A stretch of 62,182 bases of DNA, the filler included, from Sphacelaria rigidula (lineage: Eukaryota), in NCBI GenBank assembly GCA_964200075.2. It is 6 parts of 6 records of this genome, joined end to end, with 100 filler letters (N's around TTAATTAATTAA, not from the genome) between each part and the next. Parts side by side here need not be neighbours in the genome. Positions count along the whole stretch, not along the records: positions 20,763 to 31,042 come from CAXNAA020006799.1; positions 31,143 to 41,422 come from CAXNAA020006800.1; 4 more parts are not named here. One strand, 5' to 3'. The first letter of the stretch is position 1. The number at the start of each line of letters is the position of its first letter. The notes under the pieces were generated by a model. It saw only the letters and a list, made by a program, of their open reading frames with translations. It was not told the DNA's origin and did no database searches. A program made the position numbers and the translations under genes. Below, piece by piece: positions 23,640 through 38,300 of the stretch.

Positions 23640-25100
23640 CATGTGGCATAGCGCCTTGCATCTGGGGGGTGTATAGCGCGGTTTGAGGTAGTACTTGTCC
23701 CTCTTATGGCGGGAAATGACCGTCGGCTGGGAGGTTCTGCCCCATGATGGAGCTGTTGACAACCTTGATGCCATCTTGCAGCACTACTCGTGCCAGTGTG
23801 CTTTTGCCTGCGCATGTTGAGTCAACGCGTGCCTGTGCGGCGCAATTCCTTACCGTAATTCCACCGCATTTCGTGAAACGAAGCGTCATCAGATACGTCA
23901 TCACGCAACGACACGAGACGTTCCCGGTACTCAATGCAGTACANNNNNNNNNNTCTGCAGTTCACAGCGATATGCTCGAGTCGAGCTGATTTGGTAAACT
24001 TGACGAGTTATGGTTGGACATGCAAATGGAGATGGAGATGCAAATGCGGCACATACTGCTGGCCCAGCTCGTATGAATATCTGATAGGTTTCCAAGTCGG
24101 TACTTCTCACGGCTTAAACAGACACTTCCAAAACCTACGGCTCGCAACTACTGATTCGATTTGAAGAGTGTTGCAGGGTTGTCCTCGAGTGCGGTGTTTG
24201 GAGAAGGAGCTGCACCGTACGGTACAGTACATACGTGATCTTGGCGGTATCACTGCGGCACAAAGTGCGCGGTGCGGCACTGGGGGGGTGTCGTATTCAC
24301 TTGGGTTAGCTCGGAGCACAACTTGTGGCTCTCCGACACTGTAGTGCCGTATGTTACGGAGCCTAAACGATGAATGCACTTGCAGCGACAACTGTAGCCC
24401 TCAGCACACCGTACTTGCAGGGTTGCTGCATGCATCCACCTTGTAGATTGGTTGAACAATCCCAACTTCGGTAGTCATCGCAGAAGTACAGGAAGGGATT
24501 CAGAAAGTGACGCCCTCCGCGACGCAGGAACGGTGCGGCTGACTGCGCCAATGTGGTGCCACTTTTCCAAGCTAGCACTGTCCGAGTACTTGAGGTGAAC
24601 ATGAAATAAGGAATGACGAAAGAACCCTACCCATAATCAAACTACACGGCTCACCGCACACAAGAGTTCACTCCACAATCACAACTCTTTTGTCACACCG
24701 ATCGGTGGACACGAAATAGCGGAAGTAACCACACCGATGACGGCACCCACGCCTTCGAAAAGAACGACGAAAACCGACGAAGGACAAAGTAGTTGGGAAT
24801 GCACAATACGAGAGAGATACGAAAGCACCACAGCAGTATTTTGTTTTGTTATACTATGCATAGCACAGGTATTCGATGCTTTGCAATTCCTCGAACCCGC
24901 AGTCCTAAGTATGCAGATATATCGAGTGAGAGATGCGGTGGCAGAAACTACTTTTCTGGAAACACATTGCTTTTGTGCGGGAGCTTTCGTCATGGAAGAG
25001 TGAGCAGTCGGGAATTCCGTAGCAGTGACCCTCGCTTCAAACTCGGAGTGCATGGAAACGTTTCCCGTTCAGGCCTGCTGCGGTTCAGAGAAGTCTCACT
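23640..25100 (+). pseudogene. Decayed ZNFX1-like fragment (motif IV to RZ finger)
   Basis: SVLLPAHVESTRA, AVHSDMLESS, Cys-rich ~24160-24450, THCFC..FVMEE...SECM (~24960-25055). Homologous to ~29980-30420 in inverted orientation. Confidence 0.55.
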
Positions 25101-25817
25101 GCAGGTCTCGAGCTCCATACACCGCGTGTCCTGCAGGGCTGTAGAGACGTTGGCGAGGAACAGGATTCGGTAATTCGTTTGTACAAACTCTGTTTTTTTT
25201 TTTTCCTCAGATTTTGTATGAGTTTCGTTTTTCTTATCATGACACCACGGCTGGACCCCGGGAGGGTCAGTTAAAGTGCGACAATCAATCAACCAATCAA
25301 TCAATCAATACTAGCACACGCTTCCCACGTGCGTTAACCCACAAGTTCATCGCCCGGCATGCGTGTTAGAGGCGTTGTGCAGTCTAAACAGCAGAATTCC
25401 ACTTCGTGTACGAGAGAGTGGCTGAATGGGTGATGACTACGCACAGCCGACATGCCATGTTCTGCAGTTCTGTAGGCCGTGTGGAATGACGAATTACAGC
25501 TCGTGACAGGTATGAAGCTCTACTCACAGGCATTGCGCCGACGCCGGTGCCACGTGTGCATTCGTAGTAGGAGTCGAGAAGACGGCTACAACCTCATTTC
25601 GGAGGGGTTTTAGAGTCCTATATCTGAGAATGCAGAGATTGTGACGCCTGCGTTGAACAGCCCTTGAGAAGAGCATTGAATTCATACGGACCATGTACGG
25701 TGGCTTGTCACTCCACGTGTCGCAACAACAATCCCTGTTTCGGATCAGTATCCTCAAGCCGCAGTGTTTCTGACAAGTGCATGTTGGTGCCAGAAGTAAT
25801 GCCAACCTAGAAACGTA

Positions 25818-26370
25818 CAGTAGTGGGCGGTCTAACTGTTCGTTTTGTGGCATTTTGTGATTTTTTCGTGATGATCAATTTTCTTGGGCTCTTTTCGCTC
25901 GCAACCCCTCATCACATCGGAGATCTGAAGATATTTGTATCCTCTCCACATTCCAAGAAGAAGAAAAAATCATCTCTATTCAATATTGAGTGACTCACGG
26001 GCTGAACGGTCATCGGGGGTCCTGCCCCGGTTCAGCCCAGATTCTTATCCTCCTGTATTTTCGGTCGATCGAACCCGTCCCGATAATATTTGTGAAGAAA
26101 TGTACAGTTTCATTTTTTGAAATTCGGCCTGCTCAGTGCACTAGGGCCGAAAAACTGTGTTTCACGGTCAATAACAACCTTCTGGTAAACGCGGCATTTA
26201 CTCGTTTCGCCCGATAACACCACCTAACACTGACTTTGGCACTGTATTTCGAAGATGATCTGTTTTGTTGTACCAAAATCTACCGACGCTAGCAATTTTG
26301 ACTTCTATCGAAGAGTAGTACGCGAGGAAAACTCCAAAACACCCCTAAATAGTTAGACCGCGCACTACTG
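25818..26370. mobile_element. Tc1/mariner-type MITE, inverted relative to 22422-22969
   Basis: TA-CAGTAGTGGGCGGTCTAAC...GTTAGACCGCGCACTACTG-TA: TIRs plus TA target duplication. Confidence 0.92.
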
Positions 26371-27589
26371 TAAACTCTCCGCAGCCTCGCCCTTCAGGGT
26401 ACAGGCCATAAGATCACACAGTTCTACAGTCATTCACGTTCACCCGTCCGGGCCAAACAAACCATTTCTGGATACGATATCGCTCACGATGGAACATCCA
26501 ACTTCACTGATCCGCAATCCTTCCCGCGGGGTTTAGAGTTAGATTCTGAAAAATTGTGTATCTGTACCTTCGGTCACTACAATTTTCCGAGGATGTGTTT
26601 TTTCTATTTCCTTCACTTCGCCGGTTTTCGGGAGTCCTAGGGTTCTGGGGGATCTGGGGCGATCACGTGACGTTCTGGGACCCCCGATAACCAACGAATG
26701 AAAAAATGGGGGAACCCCATCCTCGGAAAGTCGTAATGACGTGAAGAACATGTATTCAATTGTTAGAGTCTAACTCCGAAAACCTGGGTGGAATTTTGGA
26801 GATATGTGCACTGAAGTGTCCCGTGCCCGATACAACCTCCCAACCTGATTGATTTAAGTATAAAACGCGCTTTCCGGCGTGAAAACGACCCGTCATTTTA
26901 TCGAGTTTCGCAACGAACATGTACGAATAGTTCCTTGACTACCCCGTGACGAATACGTACAGGTGTCTTGCTTTGAGGCGTTCTATGCCGGCTTCCGGCG
27001 GTCTCAACGCCTGGACCCGCGGGAGCCGGTGTGAGCGGAGAAACTTCGAGATATTCTTCTACAATCTCCTTTTTGTTCCATGTGGAGCACCAATATAATA
27101 CCCAACGAATTGCCAAGTTTGAGGGTAATCATAACCGTTTGAAGACAGATATACGCGAAAACGTCCAGAAAGCCTTCTGGGTCTTCAAGGCAGATCATGA
27201 GTAGAAATCCGAAGACGCCCAAACCCCACATCACATAGACTTGACAGGTTTGGGTATTCGATCCCGTGGTAACCCTTTCCACATGTTTCGCCAGTTACAT
27301 TCCTGAGCTGATGGTGGATACTACGAAGTGAAACACGTGAAGAGTGAGTGCACATTGAGTTACATTCATTTACTCCATGTTTTGCTCGTCGCACTCCGAA
27401 CCCCTCTCCTACCGTGGGACGAGTGCGTGATCTGAAGGGATCAACCCCTCTCTCTCCAGTTCATGCTTTGCCATTTGATCTCGCGGAATTGGGTGAGCAC
27501 TCCCACACCGCGTCAACTCTCGTCGATCACACTCAGTCCACTACGTTTTGCTCACTCACGTACTCTCGCTTTCGACGGTTGAAATCAGA

Positions 27590-27682
27590 TACATTGAGGA
27601 AAAGACTTACCGCAGCGGGAATCGAACCCATGATCTCTCCACCTTGGTGGTGGCAGTCGGACTATTGCACTATAGGGGCATG
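27590..27682 (-). repeat. tRNA-derived SINE head
   Basis: Minus strand reads TAGTGCAATAG ... GGTTCGATTCCC; not a complete tRNA. Confidence 0.55.
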
Positions 27683-27739
27683 GCGGGTTGTAAATATGTG
27701 AAATAGTCAGCATCAGAAGTCTTCGGAATCCGTAATTTC

Positions 27740-28480
27740 TCAGTTACTTGGAGATTTTCAAAATTTATTCCGCTGGCCACCACTCATCACAGACAGTTGG
27801 ATGCCAAAAAATGGGAATCCGGAGATGTTATAGTCCTCTTGACAAATATCGAAAAAAAAAACGGCGATCAATATTGAGTGAACTTACAGGCCTGACCGAT
27901 TTTCAGGGGTCCTGCGAAAGTGCAACCCCAGGTTCGAGCTTTTCGATATTTTCGGCGCGACCAACTTGATTCCGATCATATGTGTCAAAACGTGAAAAAT
28001 GTTTCTATTTTTAGTTCCACCTGTTCACCTCGCTAGAGCCGAAAAACGATGTTTCTTGGGCCATTCACGGTCAATAACACCCTCGTAATAGACGGTTTTT
28101 TTTCTCCGTGTCACCCCTACAACACCAACTTGGACATTGTGATTCGAGCACGATCTACTTTTTTTGCGGAACCTCTCGACGCTAGCACTTTCGAGTGCTC
28201 ATGGAGAATAGTATGCGAAAACAACCCGAAATGAGGCTATCCACGGAAAATGCTGGACTGAGGTCTGTGCAGTATAGGGGAAGACGATCTCGATCGTTAT
28301 TGTGAAGAATTGTACACACATTAATTCATCTGAACATTTACCGTTCCGTTGTGAAGGAGCCGGAAACGGTAAATATCACCCTCCTGATGAACAAGGTATC
28401 TAGTCCGTATCGCCCCAAAAGCACCACTGTGATACTACTGATTCTGACTACTGTTTTTGATTTCAGAAGAACTTGAAGGC
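27740..28480. mobile_element. Old degenerate copies of the same MITE family
   Basis: Shared motifs cacggtcaataacaccctc and gacgctagcactttcgag. Confidence 0.65.
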
Positions 28481-28499
28481 CGCTGATTGGTCGAGGCAC

Positions 28500-30420
28500 A
28501 TTTTCGCCCCCTAGCGCCATCACCACGGCCTTGGAAGAAACTCCGGCTGTGTCACTCTATTCGTTTCATCCGTGGGCAGTGTGATGCCGTGTATGCAGAT
28601 GTTCGATGGGCACTGCGAATGGGATCTGCTGATGAGAGTATCTGGGGTGTTGACCTTGAACCGACCTCTATGGGTTGTCATATTCACTACAGTAGTCTGA
28701 ACCAACCACCATTTTGTTTTTCTTCGATACGGTTCTGTATTCCTACCCATCATCTGCATGGTGCAAGCGAGTCGCGCACCACACGTGTCGCTGTGCTCTC
28801 TGTTTGACAGTGATAGTTGTAGTGATGAATGTGCACGTGGCAGCGCGTGTGTTTTTCAGCATGTGTTCGGGAGCATAGTCACCCACCGGCATTTCCCCCA
28901 CGCGGGACACTGTATTTTCGCAATGGCAGTTGAAACATGTCTCGCGACAGAAGGTTCTTTGAAAAAGTATTCAGCAATCAAGAATGGAATGGTCGTAGAT
29001 GCGGACAACTTGAGGATTATCTCCTTGACATTCCAACACCAGTATGCGGGACTGCCAGCCGTCGGAAGGTACCACCTTCATGTAGCCTCAGACACTAAGT
29101 AGCACCGGGCATATGTCTACAGACGTTTGGAAGCATGATGTGCTCTGCCGGCACGCAAAGTACGTACACGGCACATGTCATTGTAGTTGTGCATGGACCC
29201 CGCCTTCGTGATGAGAGTACATCACACATGAGGGCTTGAGGTTTTCAAAGTCAAACCTTGTTTACTGTTTGTGCCATTGCCAGGCACATGACAGTAATTA
29301 AAGACCATACCACGCGTGATGGACAGTTTTAAATGTGGCCAGCACTTCATGCGTATCTTTCTCACGCGTCTATCCTACCGAAGCGGTGCAACGATGGTCC
29401 TGTGAGATGTTCACTTTTGCCGTCCGATTCACCGACGTTCACTCGAGGCCTGTGCCCGGCTGAGGGACGGTCACGCGAGAGCTTGCCATGCGTGTCCGAT
29501 GGATTTTTTGCTTCAATGCATCTCGATGTCTCATTGAGTACACTTGAGATTCGCTGTACTGAATGTACGCAGACGGAAGAGAGCGTTGTGTTGTTGGCGA
29601 TGGAACCGCACCGTACACAGGTGAGCACACGCATAAGAGCGTTGACAAGCGTCTCTGCAAACGATCGTGTTTGACCCAAGTGTCCTTACGAGTACACGCA
29701 GTCTATCGTTTCGAGAGTATGCGTACCGCCGTTCCCTGAAATCAAGGCCTTGAAGATACTGCTGCCCCCGATCACATATGGACGAAATGGAGGGTAATAG
29801 GTTGTGTTTTGCCTGACCGCGGGTCCGGATTTGCGATTTTTCACGGGAGAAGCCCACCATTGACAAGTGCGCGCAGGCGTACTGCTCGATGATTCCATGT
29901 CCACCTTTGCATATGACATGCTTGGCGCAAACTTCAAGGGTCCTTGAAGGGCAATGGGATGTTCGTTCGACTAGGAGCTGGGCCAGCAGTAAATCCCGCA
30001 TTTGCATCTCACACCATAACTCGTCAAGTTTACCGAATCAGCTCGACTCGAGCATATCGCTGTGAACTGCAGACCAACCTGGTAATGCATGGCACCGCCG
30101 CTGGTCGATTGGCGAAGTTTCGGCGACGATGTTATTGTACTGCGCTGAGTACCGGGAACGTCTCATGTTGTTGCGTGACAGCGCGTCTGGAGATGTTTCG
30201 TTTTACGAAATGCGGTGGAACAACGGCAGGGAATTGGGCCGCACAGGCACGCAAAGACTCGACATGCGCAGGCAAAAGCACACTGATACAAGTAATGCTG
30301 CAAGATGGCATCATGGTCGTTAACAGCTTCATGGGAGAGAGCCTCCCAGCCGACGGTCATTCACCACCGTAAAAGGGAGAGGTACTACCTCAAACTGCGC
30401 TATACACCCCCCAAATGCAA
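28500..30420 (-). pseudogene. Decayed ZNFX1-like fragment (motif IV-VI plus NF-X1-like Cys-rich region)
   Basis: CISVLLPAHVESLRA; HSDMLESS*FGKLDELW...LLVERTSHCPSRT..KGGHG....YACAHL; CRDACQRSYACAHLCTVRFH. Confidence 0.65.
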
Positions 30421-31042
30421 GACCGTTACCAGAATGTCGAGATCCTTCAAAACTCGGGAGGACGCAGAGCAGAGGCTCACGGGTTGAGGTTGAGCTTCGA
30501 AGCCAGGGCGGGGGTGAAGATCACTGAGCGAGCAGTCCTGCAACCGCTACAACCCAACTCCATGTCGTCGTGTAACAACAGGAAAACTCACGCAACCCAA
30601 CTCGATGCCTCCGACCCGTGGAATTATGCACAAAAACAATGCCAGATCATGCGCAAAATAAGTAAATGGCCGTCTCGGGATTCGACCTTGTGACGTCTGT
30701 AATAGGAGGCGGTTTCACCAATTTGACCACCGGGGCGTATCTGTATCACACGAGAAGTTGGATGCTGTGCCAAATTCCTGGAACTTTTGGCCGAAATTGC
30801 ACCAGGATCTCAACACAAGGACACACAACTATCCCGAGAATGCCTCCGTATATATATGTAAGGAAGGCGTATCGCTAGAGTAGTCAGAGACCTATGGGGG
30901 AGACTGCTGTCCTGATGCCGAAGGAACTCCGAGGCTGGCGATGACTTCCTCTTGTATATGTAGGCAAGAAGTGGGGTCAGACGAGAAATGATCGCTAGGG
31001 GCGACCAGGACCTCGGGGGATGTTGGACCGTCCTATATTGGG

Positions 31043-31141
31043 NNNNNNNNNNNNNNNNNNNNNNNNNNNNNNNNNNNNNNNNNNNNTTAATTAATTAANN
31101 NNNNNNNNNNNNNNNNNNNNNNNNNNNNNNNNNNNNNNNNN
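31043..31141. other. Artificial contig linker
   Basis: N-TTAATTAATTAA-N. Confidence 0.99.
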
Positions 31142-32376
31142 NAACTAGCGCATCCGAACATATTTGAGGTGGAGTTTCGTATAAGATATGGCCCAGAATA
31201 CCCCCCCCCCCCCCGCTATCGCAGCATAACTCAGCCGTACGACCGGATAAACAACTCTTGCAGTCCAACTTGCAGATATTCACGAAATCCTACTCCGTCT
31301 ATTCGGTATTCGTCAACAGATCTGTGTGATACTTGTGATTATGATTAGTTTTGTTTTTATAGTATCAAATTCTGAAGTCGAAATGTTCGTTGGATTGGTC
31401 CGCGAATATTCACGAAAACCGGCCCGGTTAGTTTGATGAACATGCGAAGAAAAGCAAGTGCCTCCGTATCAGCTGCTCATTGGTCGGAATACAACTCCCA
31501 TGAAAAAATGGAAAACTGTTCAAAGAGCACCAAAAGTCCCGATTTTGAGGAAGTCTTTTCGGCAAACTACACAACAATACCCAAGCGGCGGTAGCTCGTA
31601 CTGTTCTGGAACGCTTCAAGGGTCGATTGATATCATTACAGACAACGAATCTCCGTTGGACTTGCCCGGCAGTGTACCGAATCGCACCGATTCCAGAAAT
31701 TCGAAAACGCGGCAATAGTGATGTGTTTCATTTTTTGTGACTTTTCACATTAAAGTTTACCACTGGTTCAAGGTGTTCGGCAACACTAGGGGACCTTGTC
31801 TTCCACGTGAGCTATTACGGGGATGATTCTTAAATATTTCTGCTAAGCTCAAGTAGCAGTGTCATAGTTGACTGCTGTGATATAGTTATCGATGACGCGC
31901 TGAAAATCAGAAACGGTTCAATTTGAGGCCCTCAGGCTTGCAACGAATACTCATCGAAGTGTTCTCGTCGAAATCTAATTGAACCGGCGGGAAATTACCC
32001 CACCGGTCGAATCATGAGCTCTCCGTGAACCCCATAATAAATCCGGGGAGGCATGGAAATTTCGACGATGTCATTCTTCTGTTCTCGTTCATTTTTGCTA
32101 CGCTTTCTTCCAACGTTGGAGACGTCTTTTGTTTATGATTATTTTTATTATTTTTATTTCATCGTCGCACTTCGAATCCCTCCCGTTCATCGGCACGAGT
32201 CCGTGGTCTCAAGGGATCAAACAACCCATATCTCCCCGGTACGGCGGTACCGAAGACAACACAGCACACCACAAAGACCAGCTGAGGGTTGCCCAAAACC
32301 GTCCTCTTCGCTTTTTGGGCAAAACATACACCCGTGCTTGTGGGCAAGCGCTCGTTGACTCGCGATCGTTCCGTAC

Positions 32377-35300
32377 CGTGTTCTGCGTGGCGTAGTGATA
32401 CAGGTTCTGAGTGAAGATGTGCACGCAGTGCACGGCCAGATGGTCGCTATCCTCCAGCGGCAAAGCCCGGCGATTGTCTCTGTATCTTGTGCCGTTGCCA
32501 GCATCGCTGTCGACGCGAGTGTTGTCTCCGAGGTTGTTGTTGTTGCCCCGTGGGGTTCGCTGATCATCCCAACAATTATTGCCGTTGGCGTTGTTGTCCT
32601 GGCAAAAAAGAATACGGTCGATTGTACTTTCGTTTTTGGGGTTCAAGCTGTGGAGTACGTGATAGCGTGCAGGAATAGGGGATGGAGCGGATCGTTTTTG
32701 TTTGAGAGCATCAGGGAAGCACAGTTCAGTGGTGGATCAAGAGCCTCCCGATCGCAAACAAGAGTAGTAGCAATCGTCGCTGAACGGCTGATCTTATCAT
32801 AAACATGGGGCATGTATCACACACGTTCAGAGCATCGCCTAGCCCTAGAAGTGTGTTTCACGGCATCCATCACACGATGTCATATTCACATCGCATCACA
32901 TTCTGTACAGTATGGGATGGTATAACACAGCTTGACATGATCACGTCGTACTACGAATTTGACTTAATGGTTGACGAGGGAAAGGGACTGTTGAACCCCT
33001 CTCTCAAAAAAAATAAAGGCAAGCATCGCAGGAGGAAGGTGGAGAACTAAAACAAACAAAAAAGGAGAAAAAACTCCTGTGTTGGCCTTCCTCCTCTGTG
33101 ACCCCCGCTGGTGCGCCCACATATACCGAAAGGTGTTGACCGGCGTCCAGAAAAAATGAGACGACAGCACAACACACACACACACGCGCGCACGCGCTAC
33201 GTCGCATCATGTCGTACACAGATATTGCATCGAATCCCTGTAGCTAGTGCTTCTCTCGCCTCGATGAACAGTACATTCTGTTCTGGATGAGTCGCCTGCA
33301 AACGTTGCTCTAATTCTTCGTCTCCCTCCTGCCCCGCAAAGAGGCAATCGTGCAACGCCACAGAGAGCTTCTCGATCACCCGCGAGCGTAGCGTGATTTC
33401 CAGCAAACTATCCTGGTGAACCGAAGCAGGTAACGAAACACACACATACCCACCAAAACGAGGCAAAAAAGCGGAACACCATGATAAACACCCACGAAGA
33501 TAGTCGTGAAAAACAAACGGGAGGGGATTTTGACACCTTCCTAGAGGAGCTGCCTATGAGTATTAGGTTGGGGATATTCCATAGAACTAGATAGGAAGTT
33601 GTTTCAGGTGAGTTATCAACCATCATGTTCCAGATGTCAGCTGAAATGTAATGCAAAACTCGCACTGTCGTATGTAGATGCGCACGTATTCGTGGAGCAA
33701 GCCGTTTCGTTGTAAGCGCACTTGTACAGTAGGTATCTGTGCTCGCTCACAAATTATCTGAGGAATGAGGGTGATACAACCCTCGCGTTACATCCGTCCG
33801 CGCTGACATGCAACAAGGAACACCACCATATTATTTCATAGACTGCATGAGTTTATTGATCAACAGACGAACTAAACAAGGGGTAGAAGGATGAACTGAT
33901 GAACTGATTTACGGATATTTTAGCAAGGTGTACAATGAAGGAGTGTGTGCAGACGTAAAGGGAAGCGTGACAGCAGAAGTAATACAGTTAAGAAGGAGTG
34001 GAAGGAGTGAAGGATCAGATAGGTACTTTCCGCAGACCCTTGGGTCACTGACACCATTTCAAAGCATTCATTCACCATCTCGGAGCTGAATTCGTCCACC
34101 GAAAACAGCGCCAAGTCTTGCCGGTGTTCGCGCCCCTTTCCACTGCCCGCTCTATTTCTGTCGGTCGATCCGGCGTTCCTCTCCTCCTCCCCCGTGAAAT
34201 AAGATGCCGGGTGCGTAAAGCCGCGCACGAGACGACAAAGCTGCAGAACCAACGGCTTTTCATACCGACGGTATACCTGACGAAGAAGATGAACGGCGGC
34301 CATAGTTTGGGGGAACAAACAAAGCTATTATTACACCCTAGACTTCCGACATGCGCTACTAAGGCGTGACCGCAAGTGATCGAGAATAGCACCGCTTGAT
34401 CAATTTTCGAGTCATCACTTTTATCGAAAACATTTCCGTCGTCGTTTCTGCCGAACGTTGTGCCACGAGAAAGACCTCTCGTCGAAATTTTTCCCAGGAT
34501 ATTTTTGTGTTTTGTGTTTTGCGATTGTAAGGTCTGGACTCCCCAACAAATCGACGCCGAAAAAACACTTTCCGAACAGCTTCCACAACTCCATTACCTT
34601 CAGAGTTGCTATGGATATTCAGGGTGTGTTCTGTACATGGAAGGTTAATAAAGACAACTGTCATCCATTCTACAAACAACCTTTGACCGATGGTCTGAAA
34701 CTATGAGAGCCCCCGTCAGCTCGAGAGAGAAATAGCAGAAATGCTGAGGGACAAAAAATATGTAACGTCAAGAGGGTTGCGCGCACTCCTTGACTCATCA
34801 CATCCTCATTCATAAGAATACCCATGCTTTCCATCGTACCGCAAAAACAATTCAACCGCGGGTACTCAACAAAGCATTGTCCCAGCCCGAGTAAATTACA
34901 ACGGACCGACTACCGCAGGAATTTTTCACCGGAAATCTTTCTGTGGAATATTCGACATGCAACAATATCCCAAATTCCGCTAATGTAGTTCACCACTATT
35001 CAAGTGTAATGTATAGGGCTATGGTTCCTTCGAAGGTTGGAACTACGATTCACCTCTTGTTCAACGCTAACGATGGAACTGTTGACTAATGCCTAGATAG
35101 CCCCCCCACAAAAAGTGCACAGGAGACCGTCCGATAAACCGGCTGCGATCCCACTATTGGGCTCATTTGCAGCAATGCTGCCCACATGAAAGGCTTGTAG
35201 CAGTCCGAAATCAGCTAAAACGCCCAAATAAGTCGCGTCGTGGAACATAAAACCAGCTCTAACGGCATTTATGATCATCGCCTCCGTGCACATTTTTGGC

Positions 35301-38300
35301 CGGTATTGGGGGGGGGGCTATCTCGGCAGCAGTCTGTTCTCCATCGATTCAATACCGAAAACCTACGCCGATAGGCTCATCTCGACACGACGGTGGTGTC
35401 GCTCTGATGGCCTTAACGGTTCCACCTATAGCTAAGGCGAAACCTTGAATATCGGGCGAGCCCTACTCGTTGCGAGGGCGAAACCGTATGTTGTACGTTG
35501 TACGTCCATTACTTCTTGATATAATATACTCGGGAAGTAAAGGTCGCCGCATGCTTCGTCGTGACAGGGCCGCCATTTCGTTTATCTAGTTATCAACAAT
35601 ATGTCGTCCCAAATTCAACCCAGCGCATACCAATTCATGCTCCCACTGTGCCACCGCCCCCTCTCCCGGCTTCCTACTCTGCACCAGCTCCGTCGCATAT
35701 GTTCTGCCATCCTCCAATACTCCCACCACCTGAAACGTAACGAGGCGTTCAAATTGACCGGGTGGGCCATGAATACCGCACGAACGGAGAGCAGTACTTG
35801 ATTGGCAATTCTGAATGTTGTTCATTGCTTCCCATTTCAAGACGGGAAAAAACATGCTCTCGGTACGGTGTAAACCGCATTTTTTTTCGGCGAAAGAATC
35901 CGATGTTTCCGAGTGATTGCAGCGTACAACTGCTGTCTTTAGGGCGGACATACGTAATTTCGTCGAGTGATGTGGACGAAACATTATTCGCTCTGTCTGC
36001 TAGTGAAGAATTCACTGCATGTGATAATACAATCTTAATCGGGCATGAACTAAGTGAGGAATTCAAACGTGGAATTTCTCACGTTTATCCGCGATAAAGA
36101 CCCCTCTCCCCACCTCTCTACCCTCTTTCAAACGACTCTGATACTATGCGCGAGCGGTCGACACCACCATAGTCGCCCTAAATCAATCCTCTTCCCAGCG
36201 CCAACGGCGTTCCTTTCCGTACCGAATCCAGAGCGAGTCCCCTGTCCCCTCTCGTCAACTCCAGCAGGTCTTCTGTTTTGAGCTGCACTCGAAATCGTCC
36301 GGGACAAACAGCAACAGGATCGAGGATGAGAGGGGTGCTGTGCTGATGTTTGCTTTTGCAGCGCGGCGTGCGGACTACACGTGTTGCAGGCATGTCTAGA
36401 CGCATACACTGCTTAGTAAGACAACATGACGTGATGGGCAGAGATATGTGATGGGTGCGGGTTCCCTTTCGACATTAAGCAATGCTGCGCGACTTTCTGG
36501 CACATAAGTAGGAAACTTGCTTCTAAGTCGAGCGACGAAAAAACCGTAAGGATCGGGGGGTGGTGGTATTCTAGGAGATGTTTGGAGTCTAAATCTACGT
36601 CAGGCAACGATCAGAACGTTGGGATCAGAAGAGCGTACTGCAGCTTTCACATACCCATTTCAGATAAGAAAATAATGGGCAGAAATATATTCTGAAATAG
36701 TTGAAGCCAGAACGAAACCCTTTACAGACTCCGACAAGCTCTGTGCAGTAGGATACAATTATACAAGCGGAGCAGCTAGAGCTAGCGATATGGGCAACAC
36801 GTTTACGTCAGCCTTGCAATTCGGACGTGTCTCAACTTACTGGGCGCCTAACTGGAGAGGTTCACGTTACGTCTACTGAAAAATGTAGCATCGTTTCCTC
36901 AAAATGCGTACGGAATGGTACGATTTGTTTGACCCGGACGGTGATCACTCTAATCTGGTGACCCATCTGCTCCCGGCGGTAAAGTCAGTAAGTACCTTCA
37001 CGGGTGATAACTGATCTTGTATCGTGGTGTTTCCCCCCGTTATACTCCCCAGACCCACATTAACCAAACACGAACTGGACGGTGAACAAGGTATCTGCTA
37101 CGGGGAAGACGAATTCTCTTGCGACACGTTCACACCCTGGGCAATACATGGCCAATGATAGATGCGTTAGACAAAAAGTGTACCGGGTAACGTATCGGCA
37201 TGTTGCAACTATTGTTGGTCGTCAATAGTTGCAATGTGCCCATACCTTCCCCGGTGTTATTTGTCCTCTCTACTGCATGTATTGACCATCCAGGATGTGA
37301 GATTGTCCGCGTTCTTACCCTGTATTCCCATGCTCTTGCCAGCAGTAACAACATGGACTTGTGGAGCTCCGGTTCCTGTCAGAGAGAAACAACGAGCAAT
37401 CACCACAGACCATAACTGTCACCACCTTCACGAGTCGTCTCGTTGACAAGGAGTATACCTTCGGAGTGATGCGTCGGGTAGTGGTCTTTTGGACAATTTT
37501 ACACAACGCGGTGGCATACGAAATCGTGCTGTGACAGGATGACTGGATGATCCAGCAGGCACAACTGCAGACACTCGTTGCACATGTCGTACAGCTGTTT
37601 CATGTTTCGCACGTGCCCCCCCCCAAAACAAAACTTGCATAAACTGCCGGAAATCCGTATGGACCGGGACGGCAAATGCTGTTTTTTTACCTCTTACACC
37701 TGCATTTGGAACACTACGCGTTTCTTCTATTTTCTCTACACTTTGACCACACCCCGTGTCGTTTCCGTGACAGGGTGCTGGACCAGCAAAGCGCAGATGG
37801 AATGCAGCGAGAGAGGTCCGGTGTAAAAAGAATTAAGCTTACCTGATTCAAGTCGCCGCCTTGCTCTCCCTCGAGATACAGCTCAAACCACTCGCTTACC
37901 CCCTGTAGAGACGTCTTCACTTCTTTCTTTCCGCGAGAATCTCCGCCTCCGGACTGCATCGCAGCAGATAAAAGCGGACGCATGTCACGACCGCAATATT
38001 TTCAATGTATAAAGCATACTTTCAGCCCCCCGTTTTGATGGTAAGGAGCCGAAGAATATCGCGTGTACTACACAGGAGGAGTCTACATTCAACGTGTGGA
38101 TTGCTGATATGCTAGAGATCAAGGTAGACTACTTGGACCAGAGACTCAAACAACTAAACCTCGCAAGTATCCTCCTTAGAAACGATGAAGCCCGGTAACC
38201 GACGACGCGTAGGATGCAGCAATGCTTGACACTGGTCACCATACGACCGATACCTAGGCGAAGCACTGTCGGCTGTTTCACGTATCGCAGGGGAACCGGA

